A stretch of 62,413 bases of DNA, filler included, from Asterionella formosa (Eukaryota), in the NCBI GenBank assembly GCA_002256025.1. It is 12 parts of 12 records of this genome, joined end to end, with 100 filler letters (N's around TTAATTAATTAA, not from the genome) between each part and the next. Parts side by side here need not be neighbours in the genome. Positions count along the whole stretch, not along the records: positions 1 to 5,120 come from NKIB01013211.1; positions 5,221 to 10,344 come from NKIB01013212.1; positions 10,445 to 15,562 come from NKIB01013213.1; 9 more parts are not named here. One strand, written 5' to 3'. Of this stretch, positions 1-11,625 are shown piece after piece (the first letter of the stretch is position 1; every line of letters starts with the position of its first letter). The position numbers were made by a program, and so were the translations under genes. Below the pieces are notes generated by a model that was not told the DNA's origin, made no database searches, and saw only the letters and a list, made by a program, of their open reading frames with translations.

Positions 1-706
1 AAGATACCACCATGGAGGATGAAGATGATGATGAGGGCGATGAATGTGGTCCAAGAAAGGTCAAGAAAGGAGAAAGTGAAAAGAGGGAAGCCACAAATAA
101 ACGGCAACGAGTTGATGAACAGTTTGCCAATCAGCTTTGAAATAGGATTTTCATCTGATGGTCTTGTGATAGTGGTAGATGATGGTAGTGCTAACTATAT
201 TATCCACTCAAATAACAATGCTTGCAATTTGCTATATGTTATGCAATGAGAAGGAGATATGTTGTGATCTTAAGAACTAAGCTGAACAAGCTTGTGGACC
301 TGTGTACTAGAATTATAGCTATTGCTCATAGTAAATATTTCTTATGATTGAACCCTTTTTTTTTAAAGAATCATAATTGTAATACGTATGTAGGGTACGT
401 AATGGTTTACATGGTGCTTATTCTAAATAAACAAAACCATCGGGAATTGGAGGATCACATTTAAAATAATGATAGTACCCTGGGGGTAATAGAGGAGTGA
501 TGCTGTTCCTGTACGAATACCGTAGTACCTTGTACCACCTGTACAGTCAGTCCGTCCATCGAACGTCTACCCGTTAGAAGAATACCGGTATATTTACCAA
601 TAATTAAGTGTACGGGTAGGTCTACGTAGTATAACCGTACATGGTACAATTGTGCGTATATCAAACATTCATAAACTTCTGCGAGGATTAGTACCAAGCA
701 AGTTAG

Positions 707-865
707 GGTAATTGTGCTGAAACTAAAAGCTTTGCTTATTACCCCATATTTAATTAATTGACCGCAACGCTGGCACCTTTAAGTTTCGGTAATTGTGCTG
801 AAAATAAAACATTTAGCTTTCTTTATCCAATATTATATATTTTATTTAAGCAAAATGACCGCAAC
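707..865 (+). repeat. Imperfect tandem duplication (two ~60-80 bp units)
   Basis: GGTAATTGTGCTGAAA.TAAAA...TGACCGCAAC at 707-768 and again at 788-865. Confidence 0.7.
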
Positions 866-1075
866 TTTTGCTGGTACCAGGTACTCCGGAGCACCTGGCA
901 GTCTAAATTTACTATACATTATCCTCACATACGCATGTCAATTTATGTGAAGGTATTACCGGTAGTAAGCCCATCAATTTTAGTCTCATCTAATAAAATA
1001 TGAACGAGCTTGGTAGTTATACCGGTGGAGTATACGTATTTTAATTCAAAGGAACGAAAATCATAAATCGTATCC

Positions 1076-1190
1076 CATCATCATCATCATCATCATCATC
1101 ATCATTGCTCAGACTACATACATATTAGCATTGCACAAGCTTAGGACAAGAAAGTAAATTATTAGTAGCAGCAGCAGCAGCAGCAGCAGC
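1076..1190 (+). repeat. Microsatellites (CAT)10 at 1076-1105 and (AGC)8 at 1167-1190
   Basis: Read directly from the sequence, just upstream of the ORF at 1220. Confidence 0.9.
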
Positions 1191-1219
1191 AGAAGTAGTA
1201 GTAGTAATATTACAGAACC

Positions 1220-2416
1220 ATGTTGCTTCCGTATCAGTTCTCCTTGAACAGCAATGTCAATATTGTTCCTTCCGTCGGACCTTTTTCACTCTATTCCTCC
1301 TCCTCCAACGATATCAACAATAACAACAACTCGCCGCTTCGTAATTTGTCATTTGACTACTGCACTGACTTGGATGAGAGTGATTACCGGCAAGTGCTCT
1401 TTTGCGAAGATATTCCCTGTGCGACAAGGATTCGTCAATCGATGGATGACACCTTGTTTGGCGATCCCCGACAACCATCATCGGCTCGCTTTGTGTGGGA
1501 CAATTGGTTCGTCACGTCAGGTCAGGGAATCAGAGGTCAAACCGCACCATTGCCACACCATGAGGACAGTGTTCCTGGAGAGCAACAAGCGGCAGCAAAT
1601 CAAGTGCAATATAGTTTGACGAGAGCGCAATGTAGTAACATTCTGTCTGACGAGGACATGACCGTGTTGATGGAGGATCTGATGCAACTTGCACAGTCCA
1701 TTGGGTGTACAGAAGTAACGCCACCCTGGTTGTCCATCTATACAGACGGCAATATGCAGAACTTTCACACAGATGCACCACAGGGTCCCATGGCATGGAC
1801 GCTTTCCTTGTCCAAGGGATATGGGACTACATTTACTGGGGGCGAGACAATGCTACTCTCTCCAAAGATTTTGGATTATTGGAGAGATTTTGATCCTACA
1901 GTTGGACTGGAAGCACCTTCCATCATTAGATATTTACCTCCCACCTTTGGCCGATTCGTAGCATTTGATCCTCGTGTTCCCCACAGTGTCCAACAAGTCC
2001 GAGGAACAACCAACCCACAGGCAGGTCGAATCATGATTCATGGATGGATGGCACTTCCACAAATCATTTATGTAGGAGACATGACAGAGGAACTGTGTGG
2101 CTCAATTTTGAATGATGCTCTGGAGCATGTGACAGCAGCATTACAAGGAGAGTTGGGACGTGTTATTGGATTTTTGGTAGTGCGACTTCAAATTAGTGTT
2201 GATGGGACAGTCGAGTCTGTGGTGGCAGTGTGTGATACAATACAGGCAGATCCGGCAGACTTTCGAGGAGTGGTTGGATATGATGATGATGAACGAGAAG
2301 TTTTGGAGGATGCACCAACTGATGTAAAATTAAACATTCGAGAAGCTCTGGCAGCATTATACTTCAATGAAACTGCCAATGGTGGAGCCATTGTTGTTCC
2401 CTTTGACTTTGTATAA
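1220..2416 (+). CDS. 2-oxoglutarate/Fe(II)-dependent oxygenase family protein
   Basis: 398-aa ORF with the HxD motif (FHTD), FTGGET, distal His (VPHSV) and Arg (GRIMIHGW) typical of the 2OG-Fe(II) double-stranded beta-helix fold. Confidence 0.7.
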   Translation: MLLPYQFSLNSNVNIVPSVGPFSLYSSSSNDINNNNNSPLRNLSFDYCTDLDESDYRQVLFCEDIPCATRIRQSMDDTLFGDPRQPSSARFVWDNWFVTSGQGIRGQTAPLPHHEDSVPGEQQAAANQVQYSLTRAQCSNILSDEDMTVLMEDLMQLAQSIGCTEVTPPWLSIYTDGNMQNFHTDAPQGPMAWTLSLSKGYGTTFTGGETMLLSPKILDYWRDFDPTVGLEAPSIIRYLPPTFGRFVAFDPRVPHSVQQVRGTTNPQAGRIMIHGWMALPQIIYVGDMTEELCGSILNDALEHVTAALQGELGRVIGFLVVRLQISVDGTVESVVAVCDTIQADPADFRGVVGYDDDEREVLEDAPTDVKLNIREALAALYFNETANGGAIVVPFDFV

Positions 2417-2927
2417 GAAATGGGACAAGAGCAGCACTGCTCATTGACAAGACCACAAAATTCAAATGACTTTGATTTAAGCTAAGAAAACTTTTGTCAT
2501 TCCAAGTTTTATTATTTATGTCTGTTGAGCTCATAAATTATGGCGTGAAAAATGATGGTCTTCTGCCTTTATTCATCGCAAAGAATTTTGATGACTTCAA
2601 AATATGGTTTTGGTGATGTTTTGCTGATTGTAATGGTGTACTTTATTGTGTTGGATGACATTAGTATTAGTAATTCTACTGCTAGAACCGTTTTTATTGC
2701 TACTTCTGTTAGGGTTCTGAAAGGAAAGGGCGTTGTGTCATGTGCATGCCTTTGCAAAAGTCATGCAATGTTTTCAGTGGACCCCATTAATTGTTCATTT
2801 AGTAATGTCAACATCATCAGCCATGTAGATATGTATTTGAAAAAAAGATAAATGACACCATAAAATATCAAAGACCAATGCATCTAGTCTTGCCACAACA
2901 CTCGACTCATCATCTCGAGCGACCACA

Positions 2928-4318
2928 ATGACACGGTGCTCCACTACTATAATGCTTTTACTTGAAGCCACGATCATGTTGGTTCACGCTGTTGTTGGCA
3001 CAATGGCTAGTAGTCATTCCGGTACAGGTACTGCTCATACTACAACGACCTTCAATTCCAGCAACAGCAGCAATTCGTACTCCTACACTCCCTCCAAATT
3101 GGTTGCTAATTTTGAGGCATTTTATTCTACATCACAAGCAGGAACAAATACATCATTCGTTGACACATCGAGTTGCTGGGCACCCAATGTCGGAAGCACA
3201 CGACGACAACATCAACAACAACAGCAACATCAACATCAACAACGAGGCACTACCAATGGTAAAACTCAACCATTGAAAGTGGCAGCTATTCAGTTGACAG
3301 CGATAGAATCAATCGACAATGACATTGTTGGCTTTATGGAACGAGCTGTAGCGGCTGTCCGAAAGGCAGCCAAGGAAGGTGCTACCTTGATTGTCTTACC
3401 AGAGCTCGTCATGGGACCCTACTTTTGTCAATCTCAAGATGCGATATTAATGAACTTGGCAACCCAAGTCAACAGCGATAACGTGATCCTTTCCACATTC
3501 CAAAAACTTGCTATAGAGCTTCATGTCGTCCTGCCGATAAGTATTTTTGAATCTTCCATCAACCATGTAGTGTTGTACAATTCGGTTGTTATGATCAATT
3601 CCGATGGTCGCATCTTGGGGACCTACCGAAAGTCACATATTCCGGATGGGACTGGCTATCAAGAAAAGTTTTATTTTTCTCCTGGTGATTCGGGATTCCA
3701 AGTCTTTGATACATCTGTTGGTAAAGTGGGGGTTGGTATATGTTGGGATCAATGGTTTCCAGAAGTAGCACGAAGTATGGCATTGTTGGGGGCTACTGTT
3801 TTGTTGTACCCCACTGCTATTGGGAGTGAGCCTCAAGATCCAACTCTGCACTCCATGAGACATTGGCAACGTACTATGCAAGGACATGCTGCAGCAAATG
3901 TTAAGTATTTTTTGTTTCTTGTTGTTATTGTGTTTTTTGCTCCATGATAATCACACTTTTTCGTATTTATCTGAGTTTTATTTGGACTTTTTTAAAAATC
4001 TATACTCATGTTCTCACACACCTAAAAAATAATTTCTAATTAAAGATGATTCCTGTTGTGGCGTCCAATCGATATGGGACAGAAATATTACTCCATCCTG
4101 ATGGAACAGAACAACAACGTATCCATTTCTATGGAAAGTCTTTCATTACTGACATTACTGGTGAGATCATACAAGAAGCCATGGATGGAGCAGATATTTT
4201 ATACAGTGACATTGATATCATTCAAAATAAAGCTCAACGACAAGCCTTTGGCTTCTTTCGAGATCGACGTCCTGACTTGTATGAACTATTACTGACCAAA
4301 GATGGTTCAGTGCATTAG
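2928..4318 (+). CDS. aguB: N-carbamoylputrescine amidase (nitrilase/CN-hydrolase family); exons 2928-3899 and 4046-4318
   Basis: Catalytic E-K-C motifs LPELVMGPYFCQ, YRKSHIPDG.GYQEKFYFSPGD and GICWDQWFPE, plus YPTAIGSEP, MQGHAAAN and FFRDRRPDLY. GT-AG intron 3900-4045 restores AAN|MIPVVASNR. Confidence 0.9.
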
Positions 4319-4364
4319 TCAAAACTACATGCTCTACTTTTAATTATCCATGATTGTGCTCTAG

Positions 4365-4887
4365 TTAAAAGAATTTGATCCCATCCTCAGAGCTTGTTTC
4401 ACCTTGAAAGATGGTACATTTCCCTTGATTTTCCAAAATCAAAAGTGCTCGTCGTAATAAATCTTCATCTGCCCCTTGGAAGGACATGCCATTCACATCT
4501 TCACCTGAATGTAATTCATAGACAGTACAAACAGCCCCAACATATCCATTTGACTGTGCCCATTGGTACACATCAACTGCCAATTGTTCTGGCTTTCTCC
4601 ATAAAATCCGACAAACTTCATGTTCACCACCATTACTGCTTAGCCACTCTCCATGACCTGAATGTAACACAAAGTCCATCATGACTGTCTTAATTTCATC
4701 CTTGGACAAGGATCGTCCAATTGTAGCATTGGTCCACAATGGACAATCTTGAATGACCAATGTTTTAATTTTCTGAAATGTGTGATAATCTAAAATCAGT
4801 TGTCTCCATAAGGCAAGTTGCTTTTCTCTTGTCTCTAACACTGGTTGGATTGTAAAGAAGGGAGGGAAGTTGTAGAATTCGGGAAAC
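4365..4887 (-). CDS. VPS25: ESCRT-II subunit VPS25 (first exon not resolved)
   Basis: The minus-strand frame extends upstream of the listed ORF as FPEFYNFPPFFTIQPVLETREKQLALW. Also ILWRKPE, VCTVYEL and C-terminal GIKFF, all VPS25 hallmarks. Confidence 0.9.
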
Positions 4888-5120
4888 TTTTTATATAAAT
4901 ACAGTATAATATATATATATCCATAAAAGTATGTAATGTCTAGATGCGTGAGTCAACAGAATTTGATGGTTTTGTGCTGAGTGATGAGAACAACAAGAGT
5001 CAAAAGTGATTGTTGTGATCGTACCTCAAAACTACCAGTACCTGTACTCATCTTCTAATAAATTATGTACCGGTGTGTACCTTTTCGTTGTTCCTCGAGA
5101 ACGAAGGGGTCTAACGGTAT

Positions 5121-5220
5121 NNNNNNNNNNNNNNNNNNNNNNNNNNNNNNNNNNNNNNNNNNNNTTAATTAATTAANNNNNNNNNNNNNNNNNNNNNNNN
5201 NNNNNNNNNNNNNNNNNNNN
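5121..5220. other. Artificial contig-joining spacer (N44-TTAATTAATTAA-N44); recurs at 10345-10444, 15563-15662, 20776-20875, 25989-26088, 31202-31301, 36414-36513, 41618-41717, 46821-46920, 52023-52122, 57220-57319
   Basis: Identical 100-nt spacer carrying stops in all six frames. Intervening contig lengths fall monotonically (5124, 5118, 5113, 5113, 5113, 5112, 5104, 5103, 5102, 5097). Confidence 0.98.
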
Positions 5221-5456
5221 ACACATTTAAAGGGGAAATGTTATTGAAGGAGCTAGCTGAGCGAAGAAAATTCTACATAAATTAAATTCAATCTATATAG
5301 CACATTGAAGCTATCCAATAAGCAATTGCACTCGTACCCACTTGAATGGAACCAATGAGCACCGGTTTTATGCGTCCGTATGGTAGTACAACGGGACCTG
5401 TCTCTTCGTCAGCCTCACCCCACGGAACTCTAGGGACTACACAAGAGAAAGACAGG

Positions 5457-5519
5457 TGGAGAATGCAGGAATCGAACCCGCAACCTCATGAGGTGTGCTA
5501 ACCAATTAAGCCATCCCCC
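5457..5519 (-). pseudogene. tRNA-derived sequence (tRNA pseudogene or SINE head) with shortened anticodon arm
   Basis: Minus strand GGGGGAT-GGCTTAATTGGTTAGC-ACACCTCATGAGGTT-GCGGG TTCGATT CCTGC-ATTCTCC-A. A-box, B-box, T-arm and a 7-bp acceptor stem are present, but the whole is only 63 nt. Confidence 0.75.
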
Positions 5520-7889
5520 CACTTGGTTCATTGAGTTAGGAACTGGTGATGGCATTTGGGGTAACCTATTCCTGGCCTTAATGAGATTTCCCTTATGATG
5601 TGGCAAAATAAGCCTTACAGGATGGCATTTTCAAAAAATATTTATTAATATGATAACCTTTTCTGTAAAGTGAAAACTGAGAAAGGTGTCACCTTGCAAG
5701 AACAATTTGACAGCACAAGCGATGCTGCAGGCGACTTCAATTTTCGTTGTCAATATTAGTGTTATTAAAAAATAATTCTTTTGAAATTGAATTTTCCATT
5801 TCGTTCTTTATATATGTACTAAATAGCAAATCATTGTTCTCAGTTCTCATGGCGAGATCCATTTTTTTGTCATGGTCAAGGCAGAGACGACATGATGCAG
5901 GATTCTCCAGATGCTCACAACCACAACCGGACACAGAAATATACATTAGCCGGCTTTTTAACGACAGGATTTGGTCCGTGAGGCCAGGGAAGATGTAGAC
6001 TTGTTGATCAAGGCTGATACTGTGGCATATCAAGTATTTTGTCGAAGGAAGTTGAATACGGTTTGTCAACATCGATCACATCTAGGACATCAATTGGTTC
6101 CTTTTTGACAATGATGTCAAGAAAGGAAAAGCTTGTTGCCACTCCAAATATATGTTTGCTCTTGGATATCAACCACAGAGAACTTCAAGAAATTTTCCAA
6201 TAACTCTTGCACCTCAGCATTCCTCCCAATTCAAATGGAGGAATTTGCAATTAAACTCCTGCCAATAGAATCAACACGACAACAAGCCTTGCCATCCTCC
6301 TTTGTTCTTCCATTGACCCCTTTCTACTTCCTGGCACAACATTACGAACAGAGATATGCTTAATATCATAAGAATGTCCATTGTTGTTGGCCTTGAGGCT
6401 GAAGATGTGTCCATCGTTTTGCATTTCCCTAAATGATCCCCATGTATCTTTATATATTTTAACGTTATGCGCGCCTAAATATAGTAATTTATCCAACGTA
6501 CCCATCGCCTTCATTGTCTCACATCAAAAATGCATATTGCTTCTACAGAGATTTTTTCTTCAAAGGACGTGGATTGGGCTGGGTTAGTCGCTGAGCATGT
6601 CGAAACTAAACCAGAACAGAGGGATACATATGTTTATACTTAGAGTCAGAATTAACTGTGAATGGCTGCCATCACGACAAGAGTGCGGGAAAGAACGTTT
6701 CCAACAATAAGGAAAACAAAGCTAATTTTGTTTGTTTGCTCAATGACTTTCCACATGTGGTATACAACGTTTTGCAAAAACACATTATGTCACAAAGTTG
6801 TTTAAACAAGGGTACTCCTAAATAACAGCAAGTTGCGATAATTTGCATCGTCATGTTTTTCATTGCCTGAGCCGACAGACACTTCCCAAGTCGGCAGCTG
6901 TTCAGAAATTTCAAAATTTCTTTCCATCGCACTTTATTTCTTAAAATTTGTAATACAGTGTGCCTTTGTGCTTGGATCATGCATATGCAAATTCTTCTGA
7001 TGCAACAGATATTTGAATGCGCAACATCTAAGCCGCAATACGCCACTTTTTCGAAATTTCATTTACGTAGGAGTGTTAATGATGGGGTACTTGACATGAA
7101 TTAATGCCACTCTTCCCGTAAAAAAGGTTACTTTTAACGGTTTCATGTGAAGTTCTCACAATGAACTTTGAACTCGAGACTGAATTAGTTGATGTTTCAA
7201 ATAATTCATTTCAAAGTTCAACTAATATCCTGCTCTCGTGGCTAATTCATTTACTACACGCATCTTTTTTTGTGAAATAGTAAGGATATATGTAGTGTCT
7301 TATTTCATGCATGGACAATCTACAGTTTATAGTTGTGCACTTCACGTAAATAATATGAGCTATTATAGTGAACAAGACTTCTCTTGGAGGTTTTCATGCG
7401 ATGATTCAGAATCATACAGTGATTTCCAAGACAAAACTAGTTGATGTTACAACTACATATTTTAAAAGTTCAAGATAAAATTGTTTTAGAGGATAAATCA
7501 TTGCGAAATGCAACTCAAGTAACGTATGGTACATATGCCGAGAAGGTATGAATCGACCAAGAAATGACAGTGAAAAGAGTTTTCGCCATCCTTATGCACC
7601 AAATTGACGCAACCATAAACATCCCCGCTGTAGGCTGAAGTAAGTGCGCATTGCCAATGTAAAATTGGCAAATTGGCTGAACTCGCACTACACCAAAGCA
7701 ACGCCGACTCGAGAGAGTTTCCTTCAGTGCTTGTTATCAGAAGCAATCATGCGATGATAGCTAACCAAGTTAAGTACTGGTGGTACAAGCACCCCAAGTG
7801 CGTGTTGTTGTCTTGCGCTGTGTCGTGGCTCAGTTGTTCTAATCCCTTGGCGCTTTTTCCCCTCAAATACTCCATCCATACTCACAATT

Positions 7890-8425
7890 GGTAGATTGAT
7901 TATCACAGCGAGAATTGCAGTCATCGGACGCACGCTTAGTCAAAGTGGCCCTGCTGCAGAATTCAAATCTTTCCATTCTCAAACCAGGTTACAACAACTT
8001 GGGCAACAAAGGTATGTTTTATTAATACGTTGGCTGTCGGGATTTCAGCACACCGCGCTTTGGGATCATTGGATCTTGGATTCAACCAAGTCGGCGATGA
8101 TGGGATTAGATCATAGGCACGTGCTTTGTTTGGATCTGCCTTGCATACACTCTACTTGGCAAGGAATCAAATGCGAGAAAAAGGAGCCATGGCATTGGCT
8201 GATGGGATCAGGAGAGGGTGCGCTGTGACCAAACTGTATTTGACTGGAAACCGATTAGGGCCAGATGGAGTGATTTCAGTAACAGAAGCCATTCTAGAAG
8301 ATGAACTGAGAAGGAGAAAACGTCATATGGAGTCAATGACACTCGAGGGAGCGATCCAAGAGCTCTTTTTAGGCGGAACAAGCATGGGACCGATGGGTTG
8401 CCACGTAGTTGCTACAATGCTCTGA
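7890..8425 (+). pseudogene. Degenerate RI-like leucine-rich-repeat gene fragment inside the TIR element
   Basis: LSILKPGYNNLGNKG, frameshift, then LGSLDLGFNQVGDDGIRS*ARAL..LHTLYLARNQMREKGAMALADGI..VTKLYLTGNRLGPDGV..IQELFLGGTSMG. This is ~28-aa RI-type LRR periodicity with a stop and a frameshift. Confidence 0.8.
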
Positions 8426-9777
8426 ATGTACAAATCACACAGAATTGAGGAAGACACAACAGATTAAAATTTCATCATGCGAGTGAATTGGTTAACTCAT
8501 CAGTTGATTGTTTTCATTATAAAATCAAGGCGTATTTTTTTACTATAGTAGGACGAGGCTAATGGTACATCATTCAGTGCATGTGCAATTAGGAGTAGTA
8601 ACTATTGGCTGTGTCCTCTTCCTCTTGTCATATTTGTTCAAGTCACACTTTTAGCCTCAGAAATTTGTACCGACGAAATTGTTCTTAGCAAGACTGCGCC
8701 AGATTTTTTCGTGTAGATTGTAGGTTCTGTTGGTATAAAGAGGAAGTCATGGCTGCGCCAGGATTTTTGACCATCTGAATTCATAAAAACACCAACATTC
8801 AACACCACTGTGAAAAATTTATTTTCAACATGGGGACGACCCTTACAACTAGCATCCCCCTTCCAGATTTCAGCTGCTTTACTACAAACAAATCTTTTAT
8901 CAGCTCACATATGGTTTGTTGCACCAACAACAAAAGGTGGAATGATGCAAGATTGAGATGGTCCGCAATGGATGCTTTTAAGGTAAGATTTATTTGCTTG
9001 CTATTTTTGCTATCATAGTATCACCAAGCAAGTGATAATTCATAATGATATGCTGCTGTTCTCAACATTCATTTTACATTTGAACAGGCCTTTTCAGAAA
9101 ATAGGTTTTATTTTGAAAGCAGGAGTGATAGAAGTTGAAATGATGCAATATGGAGACCCGCAATGGAAGATTTTTCTAAGGTAAGCTTAATCCTCAGTTT
9201 TTGTCATCCCATCAGCAAAGCGAGCGATAAATCACGTGGTTCTATTATTGTTCTCTACATTTATTTTACATTTTAGCCGTCCATTTCACAACAGGAGCAT
9301 TATTTTTAATGCATCAGTGAGTTGCGGTGCTGCCTGGTGGCTAGCTAATGCCGGTGTCTTGCTGTCAATTTGACTGCTCCGTGAAACAGTTGAATAGCAC
9401 ATGTGTGTGTTGCTTTCTACTGTTGCTAGTTCTATTAAATGAATTACTGACACACTGTTCTTTTGTAAATCTTTGCAGGTCAATGAAGAAGCAAGTCATT
9501 TCAAGGACAAGGAGGAAGTTAGTGTGATACATTCCTGTTGCGATTTCGCACCACGATGCCTTTTTTCAAGAATGAATAATTTTTTCATTCAGAATGAACG
9601 GTTTCTGTTTGTCTTGCATTGTCATTACAGACGTCTCATGATGCCTGCCTTATCAAGACTGAAGATGCTATTCTGAAAGAACTGCTTTGTTTGATTGCAT
9701 ATCGAGATTTGTTTCCCATGTAATGTGAAATACCGGCAGTTGAATTAGAAATCAACATATTTGATTGTACTTTTAAA

Positions 9778-9909
9778 TTACGTAAACAAATTTAATACAT
9801 TACGTGAACTATATTATAGAATTACGTGAGCTAAATTATAAGGCAATGTGAACTAAATTACAGAATTAATTGAAGTATTTCAAATAATTACGTGAAGGTG
9901 ATCACGTAG
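9778..9909 (+). repeat. Six tandem 22-bp degenerate repeats (consensus ~TTACGTGAACTAAATTATAGAA)
   Basis: Units start at 9778, 9800, 9822, 9844, 9866 and 9888. Confidence 0.85.
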
Positions 9910-11397
9910 TATAGTGATGATCAGGAATTCATGCATGATACTCTGATCAAATAATTAACGTGATGTATTCAGATAATATATAGATATATTCAAGTAAGCA
10001 TTTTGATGTATTCAACTAATTCATGTGATCCATTCAAAATCAACTAGGCTTATTTACGTTATGGTCACTTCACGTAATACGTGGCTTAGATGAATGATGT
10101 CATCTCGGTCCCTATTTAATTATACTAAATTTATTCTATAAAAAGAATTTTATTTTTCTTGAATACATATAGAAAAGTCGATGCCAGCTTGATAGAGAGT
10201 GAAAGTGAAAGCATCTCTTTTCACAATTCATGTGGACAACAACTTTTGGGCTGTAATAAGCAATTAATAAGCTACACAATGCAACAATTCAAGTTTTGAT
10301 TCATTTACCAACTCTTTGGGAGCGAACAATAATTAGTGTATGTTNNNNNNNNNNNNNNNNNNNNNNNNNNNNNNNNNNNNNNNNNNNNTTAATTAATTAA
10401 NNNNNNNNNNNNNNNNNNNNNNNNNNNNNNNNNNNNNNNNNNNNGACTGTGGCGGAAATACTGCTACTGGTGTCAGGCTACTACAGCGATGCGCATGGTT
10501 GCAGAAACCAGACCATTTACGCTACATAACGATGTAGGTCAAGATTGGGTTCAGCTTTTCCCTTCTTATTTCGGTCTTTGATTGTGTGGTGATGGAAAGT
10601 CAATGTTGCCTGGTGTGTAAGTACTACAATGATTCACAATGCATACGTCTCCATTGGAACTCTTATTTTTTATTTCATTTCTAACCCAAAACAATTTTTT
10701 CTATTTCTCATTTGATGCTACTTATTACATCGCATTTCATACTTTGGTTGCTCCAAACAGCATGTTCAATTTTCGTTGATGTTGCATGTTACAATCATTC
10801 TCGTGTGTTTTACGCTTGTTGTACCATCTCTATGCATATTACCGATATTCTGGTTGTCATATTAAAATCGGCAATTTTATTGCCGAAAAATTCGATGTGT
10901 CCCATATTGCCCTTAAAAAAATTTCTTAAGAAATGACTTAGAGCCTAAAAATTACTTAGAAGTACCCGAATGGCAAGACGATAGCTGGAGCGGGAATTGC
11001 TAGTGCACTACCTGTCAGTACGGGTATAATTGTCTGTCCAACAATAAAATGTAACAGTACCAGGTACCTATAGCCATATACTCCACATACTTACATAACA
11101 TACCTATAATAATACATCATAAATGCACATGATAGAAAAGAGAGGTGAGGGTTGGTTATTTTAACACGTCCAGACTTGCCACACAAAATGAAGTCTGACG
11201 CGTGGTTTGAATATAATAATACCCTCTAGTAGTTATTTATACCAAGTCTGGACTTACTTAGAAAAGTCTGACCCTACCAAGTCAGACTTCACGACAAAAA
11301 ACAAAGTTTACACTGGGCGTGCTCTGATAATAAAAAATTATTACATCATGTGTGTATTATAACACAAATCATTTTGGCGATTTGATGCAAAATTACG

Positions 11398-11625
11398 TCA
11401 TCACGCTCTGCCTAATAATCAAGATACTTTAGATTAGTCATCTGACATGTTATATAAATTTAACTTTAATTTTTAACAGTTATAGTTTCATAGCGATGCA
11501 TCCTCTTGCGTGTTATGCGGCCTCTTGTTCATTGTCCACATGAGTTCCATAATTTCACCAGTATCAGTCACTGACCAGCATGTCGGCTTACCTCTGCCTC
11601 CTCAAATCCTGACAAGGATGATGCC
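11398..11625 (+). repeat. Diverged second copy of the 5' region of the Harbinger-like element at ~13541-13554 + 14791-15000
   Basis: ATCTGACA..AAATTTAACT.TAATTT...GCATCCTCT..GTG..ATGC..CCTCTTGT.CA.TGT...TTTCACCAGT.TC.GTCA.TGACCA..ATGTCGGCT is shared with 14818-14960. Confidence 0.75.

Larger units (their letters stand above)
7025..10092. mobile_element. Non-autonomous TIR DNA transposon (CACTA/CMC-like architecture, superfamily uncertain)
   Basis: Starts CATCTAAGCC (7025) and ends GGCTTAGATG (10092), with AA on both flanks. 22-bp subterminal repeats at 9778-9909. The left end recurs inverted on another contig (46921-47045). Confidence 0.7.

Noticed and set aside
5165..5176. Regularly spaced TTAATTAATTAA palindromes as a biological repeat
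   Set aside because: Always centred in an N spacer; this is a six-frame-stop assembly linker.
5457..5519. Functional tRNA (Met from CAT, or Ala-like)
   Set aside because: Only 63 nt; no 7-nt anticodon loop can form because the region is a loopless palindrome.
5737..7020. Short ORFs here and at 11700-12240, 17036-17950 and 47150-48300 as genes
   Set aside because: Fragmented by stops and frameshifts with no motif I can identify; probably decayed transposon or gene relics.
9778..9909. 22-bp periodic array as CRISPR-like
   Set aside because: Units are contiguous and degenerate with no unique spacers, no cas genes and a eukaryotic context. They fit transposon subterminal repeats.
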